DNA from: Nitrosopumilus sp.
Lineage (GTDB): Archaea > Thermoproteota > Nitrososphaeria > Nitrososphaerales > Nitrosopumilaceae
Length of the DNA stretch: 64,000 nucleotides
Direction: 5' to 3'
Assembly: GCA_965218695.1 (NCBI GenBank)
Contig: OZ244651.1
Coordinates: forward strand, 1,568,001-1,632,000
Shown here: piece by piece, positions 50,622 through 62,300 of the stretch
Layout: each line of letters starts with the position of its first letter
Position numbering within the stretch: position 1 is the stretch's first letter
Translations under genes and position numbers: made by a program
Notes under the pieces: model-generated
The model's database searches: none
Told to the model about the DNA's origin: nothing
Seen by the model: the letters and a program-made list of their open reading frames with translations, nothing else

Positions 50622-51913
50622 CAGTCTTCCCAGAAGTAGCTCAGGGTAGCACCGGCGGCGGGGGCTCCGGCGGCTCTTTGTAGCCAAATACGATCAGCAA
50701 CAGCAGCATGTCCCTGAGATCCTGTTGGGTGATCGGGGGATCCGTGGGATAAATCCCGGTAACGTGCATCAGCGTTGCGTTTGCCATTACCCAAGCGTTA
50801 AAGACGGCTACAGAGTACACAAAGCACAAAAGTCGCGCCATCGGGTTCTTGCTGTGCGTCTTGGCCCTTGTGTTTTCTATCATCCGGTATCCAGTCTCTA
50901 TGCCCCACCTGTTCCCGTACGAGTCCGGATCCACGTCGGGGACGTTGGTGGCAAACCCGATGTATTTCTCGTGCGGCAGCAGCTCGTCGTCGTCCTTTCT
51001 TTTCTTCCTCTTCTTCCTTTCTGTGATGGTCATCGTATACGACACCTCCCTGCCATCTCCCCCGACGATGACGGATTTGGAGACGCGGCCGCGCCTGCCT
51101 GTAGCAAACTCTGCGATGGCATCCACCACAGTATCCGTATTCTTGCATGGTATCAGATATTTGATGCCCATGTCCCCAAGCGTCCCCATTACGTCTGCCG
51201 TAAAGAACTCCCTGTCCAGCATCGCCATTCCGATGCAGGCCCCCACGTCCCGTGCAGAGCCGATGATTTTACGCACGAAATCGGCAGTATCCTCAAGTGA
51301 CGGCATGTTCAGGACGCCTAACACGAGGCGAAGGTTCTGAACCGTGGACTGTATCGTGATGTACCTCTCAAAGACGTGTGTCCCGTCCTTGGCCTTTGAG
51401 CGCACCAGTTCTGCCCCGTAGCTCTTGTCGTATCTGGGTATCAGGTGCATGTCGATTGCCAAGTCAATCTCCTGGTCTTTCTTGAGCAGTCTCATCTTGC
51501 GCATCTGGTCAAGCTGCAGGACGACTGTCTTGGCAAAGCATTTGTAGACGTCGCTGCCACGCGTCCGGGATGCCGCATCGCGCATCCACTCATCACTTGG
51601 GCGTGAGTCCCCGTCTGCACCGCCGATTCTCTTGGAGGACCTGGTGCATCCGGCCACCTGCCTGCCGTGCGCACATGCGCCTGCCATGCTTCTGTGAAAA
51701 TCCTCGGTGCCGTAGATGGCATTGTGCCTGTGTGAGACCATGATGCACGGGGACATGCCTGCCCCTACCGTGTCCAGAACATCTTGATATATGCGTGGGT
51801 TGTTAAGCAAGTCGCGTCTCAGTTGGTTCATTGGTAGTTCGATGACCTTCTGAGATTGCCCTAATTGATCTGTTTTGATTTTGGGCTGTTTTCAGGTACT
51901 TCTGGGAAGACTG
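50622..51913 (-). mobile_element. ISH3-family element (transposase 50641-51831)
   Basis: 17-bp IR CAGTCTTCCCAGAAGTA; 5-bp TSD GGCAT; LAIDMH, MLDREF and RWGIETGYR motifs. Confidence 0.9.
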
Positions 51914-52101
51914 GGCATGTGACAAGTCCGTTCACCCCAAAATCCAAAACAACATGCGCAGCCTTACAGCACTTCATCGTGCCCTGAATTCTACTTGGCC
52001 GGAGCCTGGGAGCAGGCCCTGTCCCAGTCGACTGACGTCTTCCACTGCCCTGGCGGTGGCGGACCCTTTTCCATAAAGTCCCACAAAAGGTCCAGGTTTA
52101 C

Positions 52102-53278
52102 CAGAGACATAATCCGTAATTGGGCATAACCACGCGATTGGACGCATTGCAGGACAAATCCGGTTGACTGCATGGAATTGCATGTCAATTCGAACTTACC
52201 CAATGATCAAAACTATACGTCAGTCGTGTTTTATTCTGATTGCCCATATCAAAGCATGTCATTATACGACAGATTGGCAAAAAAGCCCAAACTGTTCATC
52301 CGGTGCACTGGACTGACAGTCTCCGAATTTAATTTGGTGGCAGGACGGCTGGCAAAAAAATACCCCAAGGCAGAGCAAAAGCGACTCTCCAAAAGAAGCA
52401 GGGTGCGCGGCATTGGTGCCGGACGCAGGTGGAAACTGGATCTGAAAAACAGGTTTCTTCTGGTCCTGTTTTATTACAGGACATACGCCACGCAGGATCT
52501 TCTTGCCATGGTGTTTCAGGTGGGCCAGGCCAGCGTGTCCCGCAGCATGGGGGCACTGGAGCCGTCGATCCGGCAGTGCGTTCCGCTTCCGTCAAAGATA
52601 TACTCTGACATCAAGGCCACCAAGACGCTTGACGATCTTGAGGAGATCATTCCGGGCCTGACTGCCCTGATTGATGCCTCCGAGCAGCAGATACAACGTC
52701 CCGGGCGCAAGGACATGGAACGGTTCCACTACTCGGGAAAGGCACACAGGTACACGTCCAAGGTCCAGTACACATCGGCCACGGACGGCCTCATCCTTCA
52801 CAAGACCCGGCATTCCCCGGGCAGGATCCACGACTTTGCAGTATTCAAAAAGAAACACCCGGCATTCCCTGACAACCTTACACGCAAGGACGGGAGCAGG
52901 GACAAGAAAAGGACCAAAGTAAGGGAGCTTCTGGACAGCGGATACCAGGGGATCAACAAGGAGTTTCCTGACCGGGATGCCGTAGTGCCGTACAAGAAGC
53001 AAAAAGGCGTAGAATTGTCCCCCGAGCAGAAGGAATTCAACAAAAAACACTCAAAGGTACGGGTGTATGTGGAACACGCCATCCGCAGGGTCAAACGGTT
53101 TCGCATAATGGGCAGTGTCTGCCGAAACCGCCTGAAAAAATATGACACCGTCAATGACATCGTCTGTGGATTTGCCAACCTCAGAGTTCTCCTAGTCCGG
53201 GAAGCGGCCGGATAGGAGTCAAAAACCTACACAATATAGGAAAATATGCACAATTTCTAATTACGGATTATGTCTCTG
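52102..53278 (+). mobile_element. IS5-family (ISL2-like) element; transposase about 52256-53215
   Basis: 20-bp IR CAGAGACATAATCCGTAATT; LIDASEQQIQRP, YSGK, GRIHD, LDSGYQG and RVYVEHAIRRVKRF motifs. Confidence 0.88.
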
Positions 53279-53510
53279 TAAGGGATACGGATCGTTGACT
53301 TGACTGCCGCCAGGGAGGCAAAGAACGAGTCTGCATACTGGAAAGGAGCCCCGACCTTGCGACGGTTGGCTTTTTTGACCTCGATGCACCTCTCCGGGTC
53401 ATCGCGAATAATTAATGCCTGACCGCGCCTGATGTATTTTTCGTTGTCCGTCTTCAATCCGACACTCTAGGATCCACTGATCTTTAGCTTTTTCGGTCTA
53501 GAACACAGCC
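53279..53510 (-). pseudogene. 5' remnant of an IS5 (IS903-like) element
   Basis: NEKYIRRG...KVGAPFQYAD...IPYR cut at the adjacent IS end; terminus GGCTGTGTT at 53510. Confidence 0.6.
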
Positions 53511-53822
53511 AACATCACTCACTGCAACTAGGCGTAATTATGCATCTATGTAACCCATCCCCGGACTTATCCAGGTTTTGCGTCCAGCTTGTCATTTTGG
53601 GTGTGTTTTTTGTCTTCTTAAGCGTTACCTGCATGCAGAATCCTGCCAGATCCGCAGAAAACGTGGCTTGTTGCCCCGCGGAGTGACATGCATAATCCCT
53701 TCCGGGGGGTCTGGGGGGCTGGCCCCCCAGCATTCATGTAGAAACATCCCACAATTCCCACAATTCGTACACAGCATCCGCTAGGGCCGGCACTGCATTT
53801 ACTGACACCACCGGTTCCGCGT

Positions 53823-54772
53823 CTACGCCTCCTTCATGACTTGTCTGATCTTGGCGCGGTACAGCTTTTCGTTTCTGTCCTCGTACAGGTTGTCTTCTGT
53901 CAACATGTGCCAGATGATCGTCAGCATCTTGTTTGCGACGTGCGTTATGGCGATGTTGTGCCTGTGCCTCTTCATGAGGCGCTCGTAGTATGCCTTCATC
54001 CTCGGGTCGTGCCTCACTGCCACCAGCGCGCACTGGACCATGACCCAGTTGACCCTGCCAGTAGTGCTGCAGAAAACGCGTCCATCCCGGTAATGCTCAT
54101 CAGTATCTTCGGGCTGTGGGCGTCGCGGACGTAGCGCCTGATCTCGTTTTCGGTCTTTTTTATCTCGTCGTTGTAGTGCCGTATCTTGGCTATGCAGCGG
54201 TCCAGGACGAACCTGTCATGGGGACTCTCCACGTCGGCTTCTTCAAGGTACGCCAGGACCCTTTTGGTCCAGACGTTTTTCCCGCCGTCCTTCGGGTTCA
54301 CGTCATACTTGTCAGTCAGCGTGTGCACGAAGTTTATCGCCCTGGTCCTGTCCTGCACCAGGCGGATCTGGTACCTGAGGATCTGTTTTATCCCCCTGGA
54401 TTCGGCCGAACCCAGGTGGCAGGCGGGAATCAGGTTGGATCTTAGCAGGTGGGCAAGCGTTCTTGCGTCGATGGTGTCGTTTTTTATGCTGGCAGACGCG
54501 ATTGCCTTGATCTTGAACGGGTTTGCAAGGGCGATGGGGATTCCCACGCGTTCAAAGGCATCGATGGTCTTTATCCAGTGGTTCCCGGTGGACTCGCAGA
54601 CTGCCCTGCATCCACCGTGTCTGGCCCTTGCGGACGTGGCAAACTCTAGCGCGTCCTTGGCCGTGTTGGCATACGATGACTCTTCGAGGATCTCCCCGTC
54701 GTGCGTCATTACGCATGTCACGCATTTTCTCTTTCCTATGTCGATTCCAATACTCTTTTCTATTTCTCTCAC
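53823..54772 (-). pseudogene. IS110-family recombinase/transposase with an internal deletion and frameshift
   Basis: RuvC DEDD motifs IGIDIGK, VCESTG and KNDTIDARTLA. After SAALLA the sequence jumps frame to RVNWVMVQCA...HVANKMLTIIW, so the usual SG-containing segment is missing. Confidence 0.88.
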
Positions 54773-54779
54773 CTCCTTT

Positions 54780-54913
54780 CCGTGTGTGACAGGCTGGAAG
54801 CTGCATGCATCTATCAGGACTCGAAGTCCAGTAACCCAGCAGCTCGGATAGCCCCATTCAACAGGAAGGCCTTGACGACCATGCATAATTAGGGGTCAGC
54901 CCGTCACACACGG
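54780..54913 (-). ncRNA. Candidate structured non-coding (bridge-like) RNA upstream of the IS110 ORF
   Basis: 17-bp closing stem CCGTGTGTGACGGGCTG / CAGCCTGTCACACACGG (single G-U pair on the minus strand); internal GGAC-TTCGA-GTCC hairpin and two ATGCAT copies. Confidence 0.5.
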
Positions 54914-55342
54914 TGAGTGGGTCGGGTTATCATGTATTCAACAGGCTATACTCGCCCGCACGTGAAAAAGGAGGCATCCGCAAGCACGTCGGATCCGTTT
55001 TTCTGGCATGTCGCGTCGGCCACGCCCCGGCAGGCGTTTGACACGCTGTGAATTTTAATGGAATGCAAAAAACGAGTGCATGCCATGCCGGGGCCGCGCG
55101 TTCCGCGGGCCGGCATTCGCGCGTGCCTTGCATGCTGCCAAGGCAAACCAGTTTATAGTCAGAGCCGCCCAACCGAGACATCATGGCCGCCTGTAACCCC
55201 TTCCGATTCGATGCTTTCCGGGCCCTGGCCCGCTTTGAGGCAGCCTATGGGTAGCTTGCAGCGTCCTGACGGTTGCGGCCGCGGCGGCGTCCTGCGTGGG
55301 GATCCCGCCCCCTCCCCGCGGCGCGAAGGCGGGGGAAGCGTC

Positions 55343-56128
55343 TTGAGCAAAGCCGTGATCCGGCAGAGGACGGACAGCCACTTCTCAAGGATCGCCCCGA
55401 GGTACGGGGACCTGCGGACGACAGACTCTGATCACATCCTGCACATAAGGGACCGGCTGCCCAAAAAGTCCCGGATCGTGATGGCAGACGTAGGCTGCGG
55501 CGACGGGCGGTACTCGGCGGATCTTCTGAGGTGCCTGGGGGACGGCTGCTACCTTCACTGCATCGACTTCAACGAGAGCATGATCAGGCACCTGAGGGCC
55601 CGCCTGGCGGGCCACGGCATCCTTAACTTCTGCGCCGCGCCGGGGGATGCCGGCAAGCTGCCTCTGGAAAACGACACCATGGACTGCATCGTGACGTTCA
55701 ACGCCATCCACCACTTTGACGTCCAAAGGTTTTTGGCGGAGGTCTACGGGTGCCTCAAGGACGACGGCCGCGCGTTCATCTACACGCGGCTGCGGAGCCA
55801 GAACTCGAGGAACATCTGGGGACGGCACTTCCCGCTGTTTGCCGAGACCGAGGATCGTCTGTACGAGCTCGACGAGCTGCGGCACGCCGTCAGGAAGGCG
55901 GACATGAGGATCACCCGTGCCGACGTGTTTGGACACGACAGGGCGTCCAGCTTGGCGGACCTCGTAAGCAGGGCAGAAAGCAGCCACTATTCCACGTTCG
56001 ACCTGTACGGCAGATCCGAGTTCAGAGAGTCACTGGCCGCGTTCAGGCAGAACCTTGCCGACAACTTTGACGACCTGGACGACATCCGGTGGCGGGACGA
56101 GAACATCCTCATCGAGATCAGCAAGTAG
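55343..56128 (+). CDS. Class I SAM-dependent methyltransferase
   Basis: ADVGCGDG, GDAGKLPL, DCIVTFNAIHHF and LKDDG motifs. TTG start inferred. Confidence 0.88.
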   Translation: MSKAVIRQRTDSHFSRIAPRYGDLRTTDSDHILHIRDRLPKKSRIVMADVGCGDGRYSADLLRCLGDGCYLHCIDFNESMIRHLRARLAGHGILNFCAAPGDAGKLPLENDTMDCIVTFNAIHHFDVQRFLAEVYGCLKDDGRAFIYTRLRSQNSRNIWGRHFPLFAETEDRLYELDELRHAVRKADMRITRADVFGHDRASSLADLVSRAESSHYSTFDLYGRSEFRESLAAFRQNLADNFDDLDDIRWRDENILIEISK

Positions 56129-56399
56129 CGCCGCGGCCGGCCGCTGCGTCGGGGGACGGGTCAGGCACGACCGCGTACCGCCTGCAGGCGGTGCCGCCCG
56201 GCTGCAGGACCTGCCACGTAAGGGGGGGAGACGCTCCTTGTTCCGTTCCCGGTACGCCTGACCCTGCGGAAGGGGGATTCCGTCCCGCGCGGGCGCTGAC
56301 GGAACCGCGACTCGGGCGGTGCCCGGATACCGAGATGGGGCCCGACGGACGGCCGCTTGGAGGGCTAGAAAGAAATACCCTCGGGCCGCATGCACGCCA

Positions 56400-56828
56400 T
56401 TGGCAGACATCTTCACCCCCGAGAAGAGGTCGTGGGTGATGTCCCGGATCAGGGGGACCAACACGGAGATAGACCTCCGGATGAGGCAGCTTCTCGCGGA
56501 GGAAAGGTACCGGTTCGAGATGTATCCCAAGATGTACGCAAACCCGGACTTTGTGCTGAGGCGGAGGAGGATAGCGATCTTCTGCGACGGCGACTTCTGG
56601 CACGGCTACAGGTACCGCGAGAAGAGGAGGCTCCGCAAGAAGTTCTGGAGGGACAAGATAGAGGCAAACATGAGGCGCGACCTGAGGTACTCGAGGGAGC
56701 TGCGGCGCAGGGGATGGTCGGCGCTCAGGTTCTGGGAGCACGACATCGATGGGGATCCTGACAAGTGCGCCAGAAGGATAAGGCGAAAGTTCAGGGAGAG
56801 GGGACGGCCTAGACCCGGTCCCGCCTGA
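56400..56828 (+). CDS. vsr: Very-short-patch repair endonuclease
   Basis: DIFTPEKRSWVMSRIRGTNT, PDFV, IAIFCDGDFWHG, FWRDKIEANMRRD and LRFWEH motifs. Confidence 0.9.
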   Translation: MADIFTPEKRSWVMSRIRGTNTEIDLRMRQLLAEERYRFEMYPKMYANPDFVLRRRRIAIFCDGDFWHGYRYREKRRLRKKFWRDKIEANMRRDLRYSRELRRRGWSALRFWEHDIDGDPDKCARRIRRKFRERGRPRPGPA

Positions 56829-57079
56829 AGCAGTGCAGCAGGTGGTCGTTTGCCATCCCCACCGTCTGCATGAACGCGTAGCATACGGTGGGACCTACGA
56901 ACGTGAACCCGCGCCCCCCGGTCGGCCTCCACCCGTAGGCTGGGTTCTGGGACCTTTGGACCGCGGCCTCGTCCTCGGCAAAGACGGTCATGCCGTCCGC
57001 GCGCCTCTGGGCCGCGCGCTCCCCGACCTCCCTTTTGAACTCCTCCTGCCTCTCTTTGGAGACTGACCTGTACGGGACG
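56809..57079 (-). pseudogene. Chimeric remnant: IS630 fragment fused to the C-terminus of DNA-3-methyladenine glycosylase I
   Basis: VPYRS...FAEDEA...YGWRPTGG (IS630-like) is followed by RGFTFVGPTVCYAFMQTVGMANDHLLHCFR (Tag-like). Confidence 0.7.
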
Positions 57080-57081
57080 TA

Positions 57082-58363
57082 TACCAAGGAAAATAAGTCT
57101 GTGAACGAAAATCAAATTTATTGCAAAATTCCATTCAAATTGCGCTCATGATGGGGGCAGATATTTTGCACGTTCAGACGTGCAGAAGAATCAGACCATC
57201 TCGTCAGACGGATGTGCGCAGAATCCCCTGCGTGGAAAGCCGGCTCCCGGCTTATGCCTTCCTGTAAAGGTATTTTTCGATGTCCAGGTTCGGCACGGAT
57301 GACCTCAGCCAGTTGTCAACGTCGTGGCACATGTTGCCAAACGTGACGTATCTGGCATCCAGCACGGCATGCTTCATCTGCCGCCAGACCTCCTCGATTG
57401 CGCTCAGGTCCGGACAGCCGGGTGGCAGAAACGCCAGCTCCAGGCCGTCCAGGCTTGCGAGTTCCGCCTTGACGTCGTTTGCCCTGTGCTGCGGCGCCCC
57501 GTCAAGAATCATCAGGATCTTGCCGAATTTCTCATGCGTCCTCTTCAGAAAGTCCACAAACTCTTCCTTGCGGAACCTGTCATACCTCACAAAGAAGTAC
57601 TTCCCGTCAGAGGTGATCAGCCCGAACACGACGGTCCTGGAGTGCGTCCCGGTGTACGTGTAGGCTGCCCGTACGCCCCTTGGGGTGTAGACGCCCTTTC
57701 GAGGCCTGGCATCGGCAGTCACGATTGACTCGTCCTGAACGCATATCGTGTAGCCCTCGCGCCTCTTGGATCCTATCAGTCCCCTGAGCTTCTTTCTGAA
57801 CCAGGCGATCTTTTGGCGGCTTGCCCTCCTGACATGCCTTCCCACCGGGACCTTTCTGGTGAATCCCCACGACCGCAGTATCTTGCGGGCGTATTGCAGC
57901 GAATATTCTGTCAGGTACTCTATCCCGGACATGTTTCGTATGAGATCCAGCATGTCCGTGGCCACCACGTAGATTATCTTTTTGGTCTTTTTTTTACCTC
58001 TTTCAGGGTATCCTTCGATACCCGTGGCGGCCTTCCGGACCTGCTGCGCGTCTGCATCCCGTCCACGCCCTCCTTTACGTAACGCCGTCGCCACTTGACG
58101 CCCCATGACGGGACCATTCCCAGATGGCGTGAAGCCTCAGATATGGACATCTTGTCCCGAATGACGAGCACGTTCAGCATTATCCTGTCCCTGACGAAGG
58201 GATCCCTTTCCGTTTTGCGAATTGCAAGCAGCTTCTTTGGTTTCATGGGTGTTGTAGGATGGTCGGATCCAAATAGTTTTCCTGCGTCATGACAGGTTAG
58301 GCGCGTTCTGCAAAATTATTTGCAATTCCTGATGGAACGATCTCGGACTTTGTTTCCGTGGTA
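57082..58363 (-). mobile_element. IS630-family element; transposase 58246-57252 with a -1 shift at an A8 run
   Basis: Ends TATACCAAGGAAAATAAGT / TATACCACGGAAACAAAGT; RSGRPP, VQDES, LDGAPQH and PDLSAIEEVW motifs. Confidence 0.88.
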
Positions 58364-58597
58364 TATGCCGAACGATTCAATCTCTCCGCCTCCAAAGATT
58401 GGAAGCGGGGAATCTTCCTACTCGTGACATCGTCCTTCAGGGTGTGGTTTCTTAGCAAAGGCAGGAAAAACGAACAGTTGTACATACTCAGATCCCGGTA
58501 TTGTCTAGGCGTAAACATGTACTGTTTTACGTATATTCACGCCTGAGTTTGAGGGGGACCTGAGTCCATACGAACAGTTCACTGTTAGACTAAAATA

Positions 58598-58987
58598 TTG
58601 ATCCTGCGGTGCTACTTTGTGCTAATAATTGATTGTACGGACGTACTGTCCATTAGAAACGATCTGCTAGTATATGTCTCCGATCAGGTCGCTGCCATTC
58701 CAACCCTAAAGCACAACCAGTTCACGCTGTCTGCGTTTGACGATGAGAAGGATATAGATCTCAGCACCGTAGTTACGGCAATCAGGGAATTTCTGGATTC
58801 GATCGGTGAAGGCCGCAATTTTGCCGTAATTCCAGATGACGGAACGATACGCATCAAGTCCGTATATGGCAAGACCATCGAGCATGAGAATGCCCCCACC
58901 CAAGAGATGTTTTCGTGCACCCATTGCGGATTCATTACAAGGTACCAGATGGAGCTGAACATCCATATGAGAATCCACTATCTTTAG
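58598..58987 (+). CDS. C2H2 zinc-finger protein
   Basis: C-terminal FSCTHCGF...ELNIHMRIHY. Start uncertain. Confidence 0.75.
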   Translation: MILRCYFVLIIDCTDVLSIRNDLLVYVSDQVAAIPTLKHNQFTLSAFDDEKDIDLSTVVTAIREFLDSIGEGRNFAVIPDDGTIRIKSVYGKTIEHENAPTQEMFSCTHCGFITRYQMELNIHMRIHYL

Positions 58988-59163
58988 GCCCATCTGTGTT
59001 CATGGCAGAATCATGCCGTATTCCTAGCGCATGCACCTGCTGTGTCCGGTATCCCGGCATGGCTGCGCATGACAGTGTCTGATCTTTCATGCATGTTTTG
59101 ATGTGTCCGGCGACCCCGTACCGCGTGCAAGATCTTTATAAACATTGGATATGAAAGGCAGTC

Positions 59164-59346
59164 ATGGAAGAGCCTGCCAAAAACAACCCCACAAAGGTTT
59201 ACTGTTCCAGATGCGACATGATTTTCGAGTCCAGAAAAAAATTCCAGAGTCATCTTGACAGGCATTTATCCGATCCCGGTTGCGAGCAGTGTCCCATTGA
59301 CACTGTCATTGCCAAGCTTGTAGGGCTCTTTAGATCAAGAGCATAA
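59164..59346 (+). CDS. Small zinc-finger protein
   Basis: CSRCDMIFESRKKFQSHLDRH...CEQCP. Confidence 0.7.
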   Translation: MEEPAKNNPTKVYCSRCDMIFESRKKFQSHLDRHLSDPGCEQCPIDTVIAKLVGLFRSRA

Positions 59347-59367
59347 TCCTGGAAAAGCATCATTATT

Positions 59368-62300
59368 GTGGGAGGCATTTCAATTTTAAGTCCATTTAAA
59401 ATTTTTCTGGCCATTCTTACAATCCACATCATTTCGATTGCATCCCACGGCGCTTTTGCGTCAGGGGGCACTCCTCCCCCGGGACACGCATGGATGGAAA
59501 TATCCGAACCTCCGATGCTGGGCCAAGAGTTTGATCTTACCATTTTTCTCGCGCCCCGTAATTATGATGACAGCTGGGCAAATGCCTCTGATGAAAAGAA
59601 ATGGTCAACAGAATTTACAATCATCCTGCCAGAAAGCTTTGAAATCATCGATGATGGTTTTTCTGATGGTGGGCGTTACTATCAGAAGGTTCCCGATGGC
59701 TATCGTGTCTTGTCTGCAGTCAGAGATGTTGGATTTCCTCCCCAAACAACGGTAAAAATCAAACCGACAGAACCGGGCATTTGGCAAATTATTGCTACCG
59801 GCGGCGCATTCACACACGGAACAATATTTGTGACGCTGACTGAAAGCTATTCGTATGTCTCTGATAAATCAAACAATGTCGTGCAAAGAGACGCGTGCGG
59901 CAAAGATTGGGATGGCTGGTATGACCGCATAGCCATGTTTGATGTCGAATCAGACTCGATAATAAGAAATGTAAAAAACGATTTCATGATGGAGGAGTTT
60001 TCTAAAAACTGGAAAATAACCACAAATCCCGCCACCGGTCTTGTCTACGTCTACGAGTATTACACAACAACAATCCCAATCATACATGAAAATTCCGGTG
60101 AAACAAAAGACAATTTGGAACTAAATAGCCAAACATCTGATCATGCCAGAATATCTGACATCGCCATAAATTCTGAAACAAATCTGATCTATATGGCAAA
60201 CAACGGAAGGATAGATTGGAAGAATCATGACAGAATCATGGTGTTTGATGGAGAAACCCATTCGGTTATTTCAACAATAGAATACCATGACAGATCGGAG
60301 GGGAGCGAGTCCACCCAATCAATTGCCGTAAATCCCGAGACCAACACCTTGTATGTTGCGACAGGTAGGGATAATTTGTATATAATTGATCTTGATACGG
60401 AGCGGGTAATTACAAAACTTCATTTGGGAACCGACAGAGACTCTGGAAGTTATGACGTTGAAGTTAATTCGGCAACTAACAAAATCTACGTATTGAATAG
60501 TGCCGAAGGTGCGTTGTATGTAATAGACGGACACAAAAATTCCGTTGAAGAGATCATATCCGCTGATAGCTGGCCAAATAAAATCCTGGTCAACGAGCAA
60601 GACAATGAGATCTATCTCCTAAACTCCTCTACAGGGAAGTTGTTGGTGATTGATGGAATTGATCACAGAATCATCACAATAAACCTGCACCGGCCCGGGC
60701 ACGATATGGATTTTGATTACGTGCATGACAAATTGTACGTTACAAACAGGGATGGGCCATTAACCGTAATCGATACCAACACATTTGACTTTGATATACT
60801 GGACGACTGCGTCTTTGTCTCCAGCATCTCTATAAACCCCAAAACCGGAATTCTGTCTGCAATCGATAAAAAACAATACACTGTTGTAAACGTAGTAGAA
60901 TCTGTAAAACCCAACCAAAATGATCGGATGTGGATTGATAATTCAGAATATCCAAGAACAGAGTATCTGTCCGGCGAACCCATATCTTTCAAACTGTCCA
61001 ATATGGGTAATGCCGACATTGAAATCGACTCGGTAAAGATACAAAACACCAATACCGGCAATGTGTCCGTTACATTTACGGAATTACAGGCAATCGAGCA
61101 AAATGACTTCATTGAGATCATGTGGGACCAGACTGATTCCAGCGGAAAGCAGGTCCTGCCTGATCGTTATGCCGTGATCCTGAAAGGCCACGATGGGGAA
61201 AACGCCATTCATGAAGCACACAAGCTATTCTCAGTCATAGACGAGGACAGATTGAGCCATCTCAAATCGTTGCACAATGACATGTTTTCACATATAAAAT
61301 TAAATGACAGTAATTCTGAAAAGGCTGCCATGCCGCCTGCATCAGATGGCTCAGCGCCCGCAAACACTGCTGCTGATTCGACATCCCAGCAGTCGCACCC
61401 TGGTGTTTTTTCAGATGGCATTATGTGCAAGAACAATCCTGTGCTTGTAACCCTGAATCATGAAAGATTTGCATGTGTCAAATACACCACGTCTGAAAAA
61501 CTCGTCTTGCGCGGTTGGGAAGTGGTTTCCACAAAACCTGATGCGGATGATCCTGGCAATGCCTCGGCGGATATCCCGGCGCCACCGCGCGACATCATGC
61601 TGGATTTTCCTTTATCCAGCGAATTCATAGATAACGGCATTGCAAGATTCAATGTGGAATTCTCTCAAAAACCTGTTTTAAATGAGGAATTTGACATTAC
61701 CATAACGTTTGAACTTTTAGACGATGAGTTCTCTGCCAAAAAATCCGGCAAGACGATCCCGTTCACCCTCACATTAGGTGAGGGGATAAAATACGTGGGT
61801 GGAGACATGAAGGAAATCGAAAGAAAGTACAGTCTTGTTACTGAACAATACAACACAATGTACATGGCAGAAAACCCGGCCACAATTCCGAATACCCATG
61901 AATCCACATCCACCCTGAAATTCTTACAGTCCGGAGAACGCTATTTTGGAGTACATGTCTCGGGCCAGTTTGACGCATTTTGGTTTTTTGTAGGCGGTGA
62001 CGGAACGGTGCATATGAAAGAAGACGTCACTTATGATTACCGGGCGCTGAGCCACCTATAGTGGCGATCAAAAGTTCTTGCAAAATAATTCGGCTTTTCT
62101 GTTAAAGAATTTGATCAAATCCAGATTGAATCTCGCAGTTCGATAGTACTGGGAGACGGCACTGTGCATGTCCAAGAAGGTTTTGTAGTATTCTGAAACA
62201 AGCAGGTTCCGTTTTCCCTGGTGCCAGCATTCTTCCACGGCGTTGAGATACGGTGAGCCTTTTGGCAGGTATATGATCCTGATGTTCTTGTTCTCGCGCA

